Assembly: GCA_018401435.1 (NCBI GenBank) | Contig: JAGYJW010000007.1 | Location: 86,615-150,614, forward strand | Direction of reading: 5' to 3' | Origin: Deltaproteobacteria bacterium | GTDB lineage: Bacteria; Myxococcota_A; UBA796; UBA2385 | Length of the DNA: 64,000 nt | Shown: positions 8,520-18,610 of the stretch, in pieces | Position numbering within the stretch: position 1 is the stretch's first letter | Layout: the number at the start of each line of letters is the position of its first letter | Made by a program: the position numbers and the translations under genes | The notes under the pieces: generated by a model | Databases searched by the model: none | What the model was told of the DNA's origin: nothing | Seen by the model: only the letters and a program-made list of their open reading frames with translations

Positions 8520-9989
8520 ATGGCGAGGCGCGATCCCCGGGACCCTGAACTTCATCGGCAGGCGCTTCAGCCCCGCCGCCGGCGACGCGCCTGGCTGGAG
8601 AACCTCAACCCGGCCACGGGCCGGCTGATCTCGCGCATCGCCCGGTCGGGCTCCGAAGACGTCGATCGGGCCTGCGCGGCAGCTGCGTCGGCCCGCAAGC
8701 CCTGGGGCGACACCCCCGTCCTGGAGCGCGCCCGCCTGCTCGACGCCATCGCCGAGGGCATCCAGGCCCGCTTCGACGAGTTCGCCCGCACCGAGAGCGA
8801 AGACCAGGGCAAGCCGGTCAGCCTCGCCCGCAGCATCGACATCCCCCGGGCCATCGCCAACTTCCGCTTCTTTGCCGGCGCGGTGCGCCATGACGAGACG
8901 GGATGCCACGAGATGCACGGCCAGGGCGGGACCGGGGCCCTGAACTACAGCCTGCGGCGGCCGGTGGGGGTGGCCGCGCTGATCACGCCCTGGAACCTGC
9001 CCTTGTACCTGTTGACCTGGAAGGTGGCCCCGGCCCTGGCCTGTGGCAACCCGGTGGTCTGCAAACCCAGCGAGCTGACCCCGCGCACGGCCACCCTGCT
9101 GGCCGAGGTCATCGACGAGGTGGGCCTGCCCGATGGCGCCTTCAACCTGGTGCATGGGTTGGGTCCCGAGGTGGGCGCCCCGCTCACGGCGCATCCCCAG
9201 GTGGCCCTGGTGTCCTTCACCGGGGGCACGGCCACGGGCGAGCGGGTGGCGGCGGCGGCGGCGCCGGGCTTCAAGAAGCTCAGCCTGGAGCTGGGCGGCA
9301 AGAACGCGACCCTGGTCTTTGCCGACTGCGACTTCGATCAGGCGGTGGAAGGCGCGGCCCGGGCGGCTTTTGCCAACCAGGGCGAGATCTGCCTGTGCGG
9401 CAGCCGCATCCTGGTGGAGCGGTCCATCCACGACCGCTTCGTGGATGCGCTGGTGGCGCGGGTCTCGGCCTTGCGGGTGGGGGATCCCGCCTCCCCGGAC
9501 ACCGATATGGGCGCGCTGGTGAGCGCAGCGCACCGCGACAAGGTGGAGGGCTACCTGCGCCTGGCGGTGGAAGAAGGCGGCCGCCTGCGCTGCGGGGGCC
9601 AGCGGCCGTCCCTGAATCCGCCCCTGGACGGTGGCTTCTTCTTGCAGCCCGCCGTGATCACCGATCTGGCGCCCAGCTGCCGCACCGCCACCGAAGAGAT
9701 ATTTGGGCCCGTGGTGACGGTGCACCCCTTCGACACCGAAGCCGAGGCGTTGAATGCGGCGAATGGGGTGCGCTACGGCCTCTCTGCATCCTTGTGGACC
9801 ACCGATCTGCGCCGGGCCCACCGCCTTTCGGCCGCCCTCGACACGGGCATGGTCTGGGTCAATACCTGGCTGCTGCGGGATCTTCGCGTGCCTTTCGGCG
9901 GGGTGAAGGACAGCGGGGTGGGGCGAGAAGGAGGCAGGTTCTCCCTGGATTTCTACAGCGATATGAAGAATGTCTGCATTCAGCTCTGA
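8520..9989 (+). CDS. amnC: Aldehyde dehydrogenase, 2-aminomuconate 6-semialdehyde dehydrogenase (AmnC/ALDH8-like)
   Basis: ITPWNLPLYLLTWK, FTGGT, LELGGKN, NQGEICLCGSR, EEIFGP and WLLRDLRVPFGG, typical of the HMSD/AMSDH subfamily. The first ~25 codons probably carry two compensating indels (LNFIG reads in another frame). Confidence 0.8.
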   Translation: MARRDPRDPELHRQALQPRRRRRAWLENLNPATGRLISRIARSGSEDVDRACAAAASARKPWGDTPVLERARLLDAIAEGIQARFDEFARTESEDQGKPVSLARSIDIPRAIANFRFFAGAVRHDETGCHEMHGQGGTGALNYSLRRPVGVAALITPWNLPLYLLTWKVAPALACGNPVVCKPSELTPRTATLLAEVIDEVGLPDGAFNLVHGLGPEVGAPLTAHPQVALVSFTGGTATGERVAAAAAPGFKKLSLELGGKNATLVFADCDFDQAVEGAARAAFANQGEICLCGSRILVERSIHDRFVDALVARVSALRVGDPASPDTDMGALVSAAHRDKVEGYLRLAVEEGGRLRCGGQRPSLNPPLDGGFFLQPAVITDLAPSCRTATEEIFGPVVTVHPFDTEAEALNAANGVRYGLSASLWTTDLRRAHRLSAALDTGMVWVNTWLLRDLRVPFGGVKDSGVGREGGRFSLDFYSDMKNVCIQL

Positions 9990-10429
9990 CCCCCCGCTCC
10001 AAAGCGCAGGATGGCGGCGCGCAAGGGACCGTCGATGGGCTGGCTCTTGAGGTGTTCGGGGCTGCCGGGCAGGGTGCCCATCTGCACGACGCGGCTGTGG
10101 CCGCTGGCCCGCAGATCGCCGTCCGGGCCCACCACCCGGTAGTCCAGGCGCAGGCTGCTGCGCCCCAGCGCCCCCACCTGCAGCTCGACGGTGACCCGCT
10201 CGCCAAAGGCGCAGGGCCGCTGGTAGTCGCACTCGGCATGCACGGCGGGAAAGCCGCGTGTCTTCAACAACTCGGCATAGGGCAGGCCCAGGGCCTCATC
10301 GAACCAGCTCTCCATGGCCTGGTGAAACCAGTCGAAGTATCGGGGGAAGTAGGCGATGCCGACGGGGTCGCAGGCGCCGAAGCGCACGTCGATGGGGTGA
10401 CGGTGCAGGCCCGGCGTGGGGGTGGTCAT
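9980..10429 (-). CDS. Acyl-CoA thioesterase, 4HBT/hotdog family
   Basis: VRFGACDPVGIAYFPRYFDWF and AECDYQRP. Confidence 0.85.
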   Translation of the reverse strand: MTTPTPGLHRHPIDVRFGACDPVGIAYFPRYFDWFHQAMESWFDEALGLPYAELLKTRGFPAVHAECDYQRPCAFGERVTVELQVGALGRSSLRLDYRVVGPDGDLRASGHSRVVQMGTLPGSPEHLKSQPIDGPLRAAILRFGAGGQS

Positions 10430-12867
10430 GGGGCGTCCTCATCCAGGATGCACAGCTCGCGCAGATCTTCGAGGAAGGAGCTGGGGCGCTGCGCCCGGTT
10501 GCTGCGGTCGCGGCCCGCCCAGGACAGGTCCAAGGCGCGGCGGGCGCGGGTGATGGCGACATAGAGCACGCGGCGCTCTTCATCGAGCTTGGCGGTGCTT
10601 CCGTCTTGGGTTGCGAACCAAGAGGGCAGGCCCCCCTCGGTGAGGCCGGGCACCCAGACGGCATCGAATTCCAGCCCTTTGGATTGGTGCATGGTGAGCA
10701 CCCGGACCCCTGCGGCCTCGTCCAGCTGGTCCACATCGCGGACCAGGGCGGCGCGGTCCAGGGCCCGGGACAAGGCCGCGGCGGCGGGCAGATCGGGGTC
10801 GTCCAGCTGGGTCATGCGGGCCACCAGCTCGGCGAGGTTGTCCAGGCGCCAGGGCTCCTTGGGGTATTTGTGCTTCAAGGCCTCTTCGGTGATGCGGGCG
10901 ATGAGCTGGGCGGGCCGCAGGTCCTCGGCGGCCCAGCGGTCCAGGGTCTGGCGCAGGCGGGCGAAGAGGGGGGCCTCGCGCAGCACCAGGGCCCGGCGCT
11001 CGGCCGCATGCCGGGCGGCGAGGGGGGCCAGGCGGGCGGCCAACGAGGCGGTGGCCAACACATCGTCCAGGGCCCGGTGGGTGGGTTGAAAGGGGATCTG
11101 GAGGTGGGAGACCAGGTGTTCGAGGGTGTAGCGTTCGGTGCGGATCAGCCGTCTCGCCACATCCAGGCTGTCCCAGGCCACGGAGAGGTGCAGGGCCACG
11201 CCGTGCTTGCGGCCGGCGGCCTCCAACATGGCCACGTCAAAGCGCACATTGTGACCGGCGATGGGCGTCTGGCCGATGAAGCGCTTGAGTTCACCCAGCA
11301 CGTCGGCGGGGTGGCGGCCCTCCACATCCAGGCGCTCCTGGCTGATGCCGTGTACGGCCTCGCTGTCGCCCAGGGGCAACGTATTCTTGAGCAGGGCGGC
11401 CATGCGGTCATGGCTTGCAGCAGAGATGCGTCCGCCGCGCAGGCGCTGGGCGGCGACCTCGATCACCTCGTCCCGGCCGGCCTGGATGCCGGTGGTCTCG
11501 GTGTCCAGCACCACCACGTCGGGGGTGCCCAGGCCCCACAGGGGGTCGCCTTCGTCCACGGCGCGTTGGTTCAAGAGGTCGGCGAGGCGCAGCCCGCAGG
11601 TCGCGGCCTCGTCCAGGATGCGCCGCACGGTGCGTTCGCCCACGCCGCGCACCAGGCGCCGGGCCACCCGGCGGGCGGCCTGCTCGTCTCCCCGGTCATA
11701 GACCAGGCGGGCCAGGGCCAGGGCGTCCTTGATCTCGGCCCGGCGGTAGAAGCGGAACTGTTCGACGGTGGTGGCGGGCACGCCCTGGTCCGCGAAAGCC
11801 TGCCCCACATCGCCCACCTGCTGGTTGGTGCGCACCAGCACGGCGAGCTGTCGCGCGTCGGCCCCGGCGGCCAGGCGCGCCCCCATGGCACGGGCGATGG
11901 CGGCGTGCTCTTCGGCCTCTGTGGCGTAGGCGTGCAGAGTCGGGCGCTCCCCCTGGTCCGCACCTTCGGGAGCCAACACATGGCTCACCCGATTCGACAG
12001 GCCATCGGCGAGGCGATCCGCGACGTCCAGAAGGGCGCGGGTGGCCCGGAAGTTTGCGGTCAGCTCCAGCTTGTGTACCGGCCCGAAGTCGCGGTCCAGG
12101 CGGGCGAGCAGCGTCTGGGGGGCCGAGCCCCGCCAGCCATAGATGGTCTGGTCGAGATCCCCCACCAGGCAGAAGCTGCGCGCGTTGGCGGCCAGCACGC
12201 TCAGCACCTCGTATTCGGAGAGGTGGGTGTCTTGCACCTCGTCCACCAGCACCGAAGAGAAGCGGTCGCCCCATAGGGCCCGGCAGTCGGCGTCCCGCAG
12301 CAGCAGGGCGCGGGTGAGGAGCACCAGGCCGGCAAAGTCCACGGCCCCGCGCTCGCCCAGGGCCTCGACGTAGATGCGGGCGTCGCCTCGCGGGGAGAAG
12401 GCGCCGGTGGCCCACAGCTCGACCGAGGCCTCGCCCAGGGGCACCGCGGAGGCGTCGGCGTGGATGGCATAGAGGGCCTTGCGGGGCTGCTCCATGCCCA
12501 GCTCGCGCATCAGCTCCTCGGCGTCGTCTTCGTCCAGGATGCGGAAGTCGGTGGGCAGGCCCGCGCGCTCGGCGTGTTGGCGCAGAATGCGGTTGCAGAG
12601 GGAGTGGAAGGTGCTCAGCGTCACCTGGCTGGCCACCCGCGCGCCCACGGCCTTGGCCAGGGCCTCGCGCATGTGGTCGGCCGCCCGGTTGGTGAAGGTC
12701 AAGGCCAGCAGCTCGTGGGGCTTGACGCCGTCTTGCAGGGCGCGGGCCACCCGATGCGACAGCGTGGTGGTCTTGCCCGACCCGACGGCGGCCAGCACCA
12801 GCAGGGTGCCGTGCTGGGCCTCGATCACAGCCTGCTGTTCGAGCGTGGGGCAGAAGGGCGCGGTCAT
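10426..12867 (-). CDS. UvrD/Rep/PcrA-family helicase with an inserted DEDDh (DnaQ-like) 3'-5' exonuclease
   Basis: GSGKTT, LTFTNRAA, VDEVQD, VGDLDQTIYGWRG, TMHQSKGLEF, YVAITRAR. The insert carries LDTETTG, HGIS, GHNVRFD and HRALDD. Confidence 0.9.
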   Translation of the reverse strand: MTAPFCPTLEQQAVIEAQHGTLLVLAAVGSGKTTTLSHRVARALQDGVKPHELLALTFTNRAADHMREALAKAVGARVASQVTLSTFHSLCNRILRQHAERAGLPTDFRILDEDDAEELMRELGMEQPRKALYAIHADASAVPLGEASVELWATGAFSPRGDARIYVEALGERGAVDFAGLVLLTRALLLRDADCRALWGDRFSSVLVDEVQDTHLSEYEVLSVLAANARSFCLVGDLDQTIYGWRGSAPQTLLARLDRDFGPVHKLELTANFRATRALLDVADRLADGLSNRVSHVLAPEGADQGERPTLHAYATEAEEHAAIARAMGARLAAGADARQLAVLVRTNQQVGDVGQAFADQGVPATTVEQFRFYRRAEIKDALALARLVYDRGDEQAARRVARRLVRGVGERTVRRILDEAATCGLRLADLLNQRAVDEGDPLWGLGTPDVVVLDTETTGIQAGRDEVIEVAAQRLRGGRISAASHDRMAALLKNTLPLGDSEAVHGISQERLDVEGRHPADVLGELKRFIGQTPIAGHNVRFDVAMLEAAGRKHGVALHLSVAWDSLDVARRLIRTERYTLEHLVSHLQIPFQPTHRALDDVLATASLAARLAPLAARHAAERRALVLREAPLFARLRQTLDRWAAEDLRPAQLIARITEEALKHKYPKEPWRLDNLAELVARMTQLDDPDLPAAAALSRALDRAALVRDVDQLDEAAGVRVLTMHQSKGLEFDAVWVPGLTEGGLPSWFATQDGSTAKLDEERRVLYVAITRARRALDLSWAGRDRSNRAQRPSSFLEDLRELCILDEDAP

Positions 12868-13094
12868 TGCGCGCTCCGGCACCGGTCAAATCGGGGACCA
12901 TCAGCGGACACTTGACCGGCGACCTGACCCTCAGAGGCGCCGGAGGCGCCCGCCGCTCATCAAGCGGCGCAGGAGGGGGAGGCCGCATGTTGCGGCCGAT
13001 ATGGGGGAGGACAGCGTCCTCCTCCATCAGAAAAGAAGCGCCGGAGACCGAACGGACAGAATGTCCGGGCGGTTGAACGGTGCCCGCGCTCCCG

Positions 13095-13570
13095 GGGGTC
13101 ATCTGCTCGAAGACGACGTAGTGGTCGCCATTCATGCCCAGTCTGCGGTAGACCTCTTGGGCCCTTGTATTGCGTCGGTCCACATAGAGGCGCACGCCGC
13201 CCACCCGGGCCTCGGCAGCCTGGCGGAGCACCTCGGCGTAGAGGGTCTTGTAGACGCCTTGGCCCCGGGCCGCGGGCCAGACATAGACGGATTGGATCCA
13301 CCACACCACGGCGGCCCGCCAGTCGCTCCATTCGGTGGTGATCATCAGCTGGCCCAGCGTCTGGTCGCCCTGTTCGGCCAGCAGGTAGAAGGCCCCCAGC
13401 TCTCCAGAGAGGGCGGCGGCAACCCCCCGGGTGAGCACGTCGCGATCGAGCTTCAAATCCTCGGTCTCGATGGCCATGGCCGCGTTGCCATGGACCAGGG
13501 TGGGCAGGTCGGGGCCGGCTGCGCGCCGGATGGCGATGCGGCCGGGGAGAGGGGCGGGCGTGGGGGGCAT
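13095..13570 (-). CDS. GNAT family N-acetyltransferase (3' end uncertain, stop codon apparently lost)
   Basis: LMITTEWSDWR, WWIQSVYV, RGQGVY, RLYVDRRNTRAQEVY. Homology-like sequence ends near FEQM, but the frame stays open to 11696. Confidence 0.8.
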
Positions 13571-13593
13571 GGGGCTCTCGGTGTGCGTCTGGG

Positions 13594-14991
13594 GTGAAGC
13601 GCGCTATCCCGGGGGCGGCGCTTGGGCAGAGCCTGGGGCCCACTGCACTCCCCCCCCTGAGGTGGCTCTTGGACACCAGCCGCCTGCGCACCGTGATGGC
13701 GCTGAGTTTGCCGATCATTGGGGGCATGGTCAGCCAGAATGTGCTGAATCTTGTCGATACGGCGATGGTGGGCCAGCTGGGAGATACGGCCCTGGCGGCG
13801 ACAGGCATGGGCAGCTTCGCCAACTTCGTGTCGGTGGCCTTCATCACGGGGATGGGCAGCGGCGTGCAGGCCATGGTGGCCCGTCGCAAGGGCGAGGGGC
13901 GGGACAGCGAGGTGGCAGTGCCGCTCAACGGCGGGCTGCTGATGGCCTTGGGCCTCGCCCTGCCCCTCTGCGCGCTGCTCTACCTGTTGGCCCCCACGCT
14001 CTTTCCCCTGCTGGTCGATGATCCCGCGGTGCAGGCCGTCGGGACGGACTACTATCGGCTGCGCCTGATCGGGGTGGCCGCGGTGGGCATGAACTTCGCC
14101 TTCCGGGGCTACTGGAATGGGGTGGGGCTGTCCAAGATGTATCTTGGCACCCTGATCGTGATGCACACGGTCAACATCTTCCTCAACTGGGTGCTGATCT
14201 TCGGCAAGCTGGGGATGCCTGCGATGGGGGCGCCCGGCGCGGGCCTGGCCACCTCCATCTCGGTGTGGGCGGGGTCGGCGGTCTACGTCTTCTTGTGTTG
14301 GCGCCATGCGCGGCCCCAGGGCTTTCTGCGCGGCCTGCCCGATCGCGGCACCCTGCTCACCATGCTTCGGCTGGCGGTCCCCGCAGGCATTCAACAAGAG
14401 CTCTTTGCCGCCGGCTACCTGAGCTTCTTCTGGATTGTGGGTCAGGTGGGCACCCGAGAGCTGGCCGCGGCCAATGTGTTGTTGACCCTCACCCTGGTTG
14501 CGGTGCTTCCGGGCCTTGGCTTTGGTCTGGGGGCCGCCTCGCTGGTGGGACAGGCCCTGGGACGAGGGGACCCGGAGGATGCCCGGCGTTGGGGCTGGGA
14601 GGTGGTGCGCATCGCCGCCGGGGTGATGGGGCTGCTGGGCCTGCCCATGCTCTTTGCCCCCGACGCCATCCTCGGGGTCTTCCTGGAAGACCCCGACACC
14701 CTGGCCCTGGCGGTGCCGGCCCTGCAGATCGTGGGCGGGGCCATCGTCTTCGATGCGGTGGGCATGGTGCTGCTCAACGCCCTGCTGGGGGCCGGGGCCG
14801 CCCGACAGGTGATGGCGGTGGCCGTCGGCGCCCAGTGGCTGGTGGGCCTGCCCCTGGCCTGGCTGGTGGGGCCGGTCCTGGGCTGGGGACTGACGGCCAT
14901 CTGGGCATCGCAGGTGGGCTGGCGGGTCCTGCAGGCCGGCGTCTTCGCGCTGCTCTGGCAGCGCGGCGACTGGCAGCGCATCCGGCTTTGA
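13594..14991 (+). CDS. MATE family efflux transporter
   Basis: About 12 hydrophobic segments; LVDTAMVGQLG, NIFLNWVLIFGKLGMPAMGAPGAGLAT, LVGQALG. Start uncertain. Confidence 0.9.
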   Translation: MKRAIPGAALGQSLGPTALPPLRWLLDTSRLRTVMALSLPIIGGMVSQNVLNLVDTAMVGQLGDTALAATGMGSFANFVSVAFITGMGSGVQAMVARRKGEGRDSEVAVPLNGGLLMALGLALPLCALLYLLAPTLFPLLVDDPAVQAVGTDYYRLRLIGVAAVGMNFAFRGYWNGVGLSKMYLGTLIVMHTVNIFLNWVLIFGKLGMPAMGAPGAGLATSISVWAGSAVYVFLCWRHARPQGFLRGLPDRGTLLTMLRLAVPAGIQQELFAAGYLSFFWIVGQVGTRELAAANVLLTLTLVAVLPGLGFGLGAASLVGQALGRGDPEDARRWGWEVVRIAAGVMGLLGLPMLFAPDAILGVFLEDPDTLALAVPALQIVGGAIVFDAVGMVLLNALLGAGAARQVMAVAVGAQWLVGLPLAWLVGPVLGWGLTAIWASQVGWRVLQAGVFALLWQRGDWQRIRL

Positions 14992-15123
14992 GCGGGCGCG
15001 CCCGGGCCAGCGGCCCCACGGGAGCTTGTTGACGTCTGGTGACGCAACGAGACGCTTGTAGACCGACCCGCGCGGCAGGGGCATTGAATGGGGCGTTATT
15101 CGGGAGGGGTCGGGGCGCTTCCG

Positions 15124-15166
15124 CCCCGGCGCTCCCCCCCGTAGTTCCCCCCCGTAGTTCCCCCCC
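15124..15166 (-). repeat. 13-bp periodic C-tract repeat; G7-N6-G7-N6-G7-N6-G4 G-quadruplex motif on the minus strand
   Basis: C4 at 15124, then C7 at 15134, 15147 and 15160, separated by 6-nt spacers (GGCGCT, GTAGTT, GTAGTT). Confidence 0.8.
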
Positions 15167-15193
15167 ATTGGCCTCCTGGCGGAGTTCGGCCCG

Positions 15194-15824
15194 ATGTTTC
15201 CGCGACGCCGTCCATGGGCGGGCATCTGCCGCTTGCTTGGCGCCTTGGGCCTGTCGGGCTGCCTGGCGGGGTCGGCGGGCGTCGCCTCGGGGATCGATAC
15301 GGCAGCAGGCGGCAGCCGGCCCGCGGTGGCTCCTTCGGCCCGCCTCTCGGCCCTGGGCCGGGACCCCGGCGCGCGGGCCCTGGGCCGCCCGCGCCTGGCT
15401 CTTGCAGCACCCCGACCCGGGCCACGACCTGCTGGTCCAGCACCTGGCCGCGCGGGGGCCGGGCTGGCGGCGGGTGCCCAGAGTGCTGGCCCGCATGGGG
15501 CGCGAAGAGGGCGTTGCAGCGCTGGCTCTGGCCCTGCTTGACCCCGACCCGCTGCTCTCTTGGGAGGCCGGGCGGGCCCTGGGCCAGCACCCGGCACCGG
15601 CGGCGCGTTCGGCCTTGGTGGCCGCCCTCGACCACCCCTCTGGTCCCGTCGTGCGGGCGGCCCTCGCGGGCCTCAGCCAACGCATGGACCCCGTAGATTG
15701 TGCCGCCGTCCTCTCTGCATTGGCCCGTCTGGAGGAGGGCCCGGTGCGCAGCGACGCCTTGCGCCTGGGGGAGGATCTCGCCTGCCCCCTGGAGTCGGCG
15801 CAAGACAGCCTCGCCCTGCGCTGA
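15194..15824 (+). CDS. HEAT-repeat putative lipoprotein, frameshifted near 15375-15390
   Basis: Lipobox LGLSGC in the frame of ATG 15194. HEAT-like LLDPDPLLSWEAGRALG and LDHPSGPVVRAAL lie in the frame ending at 15824. Confidence 0.55.
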
Positions 15825-15849
15825 CGGCGGCACCCCACCCCGGGGCGCT

Positions 15850-16661
15850 TCAGGTCTTGCGGCCCTGGCGGTCGGAGCGCGCCATCAAGAAGGCGGTGAA
15901 TCCTGGCAGATGGCGCCCGATGAATGCGGCGAATTTGCCATGGCCGGTGACGACGACCTCGCGGCGGCGGTGCCACAAGGCGTTGACCATGGGGCGAGCG
16001 GCGGCATCGGCCGTCCACATCAGGGCGGCGGGCCGCCTGTCGATGCGGCGCTGGCGTCATGGGCGCCCTGGTTGTCGACCTGGGCGATCTCGCTGGCGAT
16101 GAAGCCCGGGTGGATGGTGGTGCAGGACACGCCGCTGCGCCCCAGCTCTGCCGACAGGGTGGAGCCATAGGCGTGAACAGCGGCCTTGGAGGCCGCATAG
16201 GCGCCCGAGCCCGGCACCGGCAGGTATTGCGCCACGCTGCCCACCAGTCCAATGCGCCCGCCAGTCTTCTGCAGCTCGGGAAGCGCCGCAGCGACCGTGC
16301 GCACCACCCCAAAGAGGTTGGTATCGAACTGTCGGATCCAGTCCTCGGTGTCGAGCTTGGCGATGCGCCCGCTCACCGCGAAGCCGGCATTGGCCACCAC
16401 CACATCCAGCTGCCCGAAGCGCGCGAGAATCTCGTCCACGGCGGCCTTTGTAGAGCCACCATCGGTGACGTCACAGGCCACTGCGGCGGCGCGGCCGCCT
16501 TGGGCCTCGATCTCGGCCACTGCGGCATCGAGCTTGTCCTTGCGGCGCCCGCTCACGATGACGGTGGCGCCTTCGGCCGCCAGGGCCTTGGCGATGCCCA
16601 GGCCAATGCCGGTGGCACCCCCGGTGATCCAGGCCACCTGGTTGTGGAAGCGTCGGGGCAT
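15850..16661 (-). CDS. SDR oxidoreductase (frameshift near 16050)
   Basis: TGGATGIG, ANAG, YAASK, IHPGFI. The C-terminus RPAALMWTADAAAR...RREVVVTGHGK...RKT-stop continues in a shifted frame to 15850. Confidence 0.8.
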
Positions 16662-16673
16662 GGGTCCTCGGGG

Positions 16674-17786
16674 TCAGGAAGCGGAGGGGGGGCGCAAGGC
16701 GGCCCAGGCGCGCAAGAAGTTGCCGCCCAACACCTTGGCGATGCGTTCGGCCGACCAGCCCCGTTGCAGCATCTGCTGCACCAGGCGGGGGAAGGTGTCG
16801 CCGGTGGCGATGTCTTTGGGGGGCACGATCGCGCCGTCATAGTCGCTGCCCACCGAGACGTGGTCGTCGCCGACGATGTTCATGACGTGCTCCATGTGTT
16901 CGAGCACCATGGTGCCATCCACCGGGCCCCCGGGGCGCTTCAAGAAGGCCTCCGAGAAGATGATGCCCACGGTGCCCTCCGTCTGGGCGATGGCGCGCAG
17001 CTGGTCGTCGTCCAGGTTGCGCCAGTGGGGGCGCACGCCGTCCACGCCGGTGTGGGTGGCGATCAAGGGCAGGGTGCGGTCGTGGGCCGCGACGGCGTCC
17101 CAGAAGGCGTCGGGGTGGATGTGGGCGAGATCGACGAAGATGCGGTGGTGATCGAGCTCTTCAACCAGGGCGTGGCCCTTTCGCGACAGGCCCCGATCCA
17201 GGCGCAAGCCGCTCTGCGGCGTGGAGGTGGCCCCAAAGACGCTGCTGGTGAGGTGAACCAGGGTGACCCGGGTGACCAGGCCCGGGGGCAAAGCGGCCAG
17301 CCCGCCCGGGGCGGCCTCCAAGGCGTTGCCCCCCTGGATGCTGACCAGCACGGCGTGGGCCCCGCGGGATCGTGCCGCCTTGTATTCGGTGATGTCCCGC
17401 GCGATCTGCAAGGCCCCAGCCGAGTCTTCGACCAGCTGCAGCAGCCGGGCGAGGTTCTTCTGGAAGGTGTGCCAGCGCAGGAGCGGGGGCCGGAAGGGGT
17501 TGGTGGTGATGCTCCACATTGCGCCCGAGACGCCGCCTTCCACCATGCGGGGCAGATCGAGGTGGCCAAAGAAGTAGCGCCCGCCCAGGGCCTGGTCGTG
17601 CCGCACGAGGGGGTCGTAGCCCCACAGGCGGGGCGGGATGAAGAGATCGATGTGCAGATCGATCAGGTCGAGATCGTGGGCGAGGTCCACCGCGTCGCGG
17701 CTGACGCCCAGGCGCAGGGCGATCTGGTCGCGATCGAGTGCCGGAGGGGATTGCGAAGGAGGCTGTGGAACGGTTGCGTCGGACAT
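16674..17786 (-). CDS. Membrane dipeptidase (peptidase M19) family
   Basis: IDLHID, IFVDLAH, ATHTG, RNLDDDQL, VGSDYDG, KVLGGNFLR. Confidence 0.85.
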   Translation of the reverse strand: MSDATVPQPPSQSPPALDRDQIALRLGVSRDAVDLAHDLDLIDLHIDLFIPPRLWGYDPLVRHDQALGGRYFFGHLDLPRMVEGGVSGAMWSITTNPFRPPLLRWHTFQKNLARLLQLVEDSAGALQIARDITEYKAARSRGAHAVLVSIQGGNALEAAPGGLAALPPGLVTRVTLVHLTSSVFGATSTPQSGLRLDRGLSRKGHALVEELDHHRIFVDLAHIHPDAFWDAVAAHDRTLPLIATHTGVDGVRPHWRNLDDDQLRAIAQTEGTVGIIFSEAFLKRPGGPVDGTMVLEHMEHVMNIVGDDHVSVGSDYDGAIVPPKDIATGDTFPRLVQQMLQRGWSAERIAKVLGGNFLRAWAALRPPSAS

Positions 17787-17872
17787 GCTCCGGCCCTATC
17801 GCCTTGCCCCGGCCCCGGCGATCTCCCCGCGGGCCGCTGCGAAGGCCCCAGGTGCGAAGTAGACTGCGCGCC

Positions 17873-18607
17873 ATGGTTGGCCTTCGTTCCACGCCCGTCC
17901 TCCGCCTGCTCCTCCTGCTCTGCGCCCTGGTGTTGGGGGGCCGATCCGGCCCGGCCTCCGCTGGCAGCCTCGCGGTGCTGGACGGCAACATCCACCGCCT
18001 GCTCAACGACGACAGCGGCTGGACCCTGCACCAGGCAGAAGGGTCGAATGGCGTCGCCGTCTATGCCAAGCCGGTGCCCTCTCTGCAGATGACCGCATTC
18101 AAGGGGATCAAGCGGCTGGCCGCCGATGTCGACCCCGCCCACCTCTTTGATCTCATCGTCGATATCGCCGGCCAGAAGCGGTTTTCGTCTATGTTGGTAG
18201 AGTCGCGCGTCCTGGCCAGCCAGCCCGACTCGCTCGCCTATTTCCAGGTGATTCGCCCCCCGTCGCTGGTGCCCGGCTCTCACCGATTCTGGATCAACAG
18301 CAGCGCGGTCGACCGGGCGGTGGGGGGCGAGCGTGGGCACTTCAAGCGCTCTTGGAGCGTCATGCCCGCCACCACCATGGGCGAGGTGCGACAAGACATC
18401 CTGGGCCGGTATCCCGACGCGGTCGAGGTCGTGATCAGCCATGGGTCCTGGGAGCTGGACCCCCAGCCCGACGGCTCGGTGCTCTATATCTACCGGACGG
18501 TGAGCCACCCCGGCGGGGGCATTCCCGACGGCCTCGCCCGCATGCTGGCCGGGCGCACCCTGCCGGGCAATATGTTGGATTTTGAGCGCGCGGCCGCAGG
18601 AGACTGA
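17873..18607 (+). CDS. Secreted START/SRPBCC-like domain protein
   Basis: Signal peptide; GWTL...GVAVY, GSWELDP and SHPGGGIP pattern typical of START domains. Confidence 0.6.
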   Translation: MVGLRSTPVLRLLLLLCALVLGGRSGPASAGSLAVLDGNIHRLLNDDSGWTLHQAEGSNGVAVYAKPVPSLQMTAFKGIKRLAADVDPAHLFDLIVDIAGQKRFSSMLVESRVLASQPDSLAYFQVIRPPSLVPGSHRFWINSSAVDRAVGGERGHFKRSWSVMPATTMGEVRQDILGRYPDAVEVVISHGSWELDPQPDGSVLYIYRTVSHPGGGIPDGLARMLAGRTLPGNMLDFERAAAGD

Positions 18608-18610
18608 GCC

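Noticed and set aside
10426-12867. UvrD as part of a known anti-phage system such as Gabija
   Set aside because: There is no partner OLD/TOPRIM nuclease or other defence gene nearby; the neighbours are a thioesterase and a GNAT.
11696-13094. 624-aa GNAT extension
   Set aside because: It overlaps the helicase out of frame and is Arg/Pro/Gly-rich shadow sequence, best explained by a lost stop codon.
14992-15193. tRNA, SRP RNA or riboswitch in this intergenic region
   Set aside because: No cloverleaf or known consensus could be recognised; only a hairpin and C tracts are visible.
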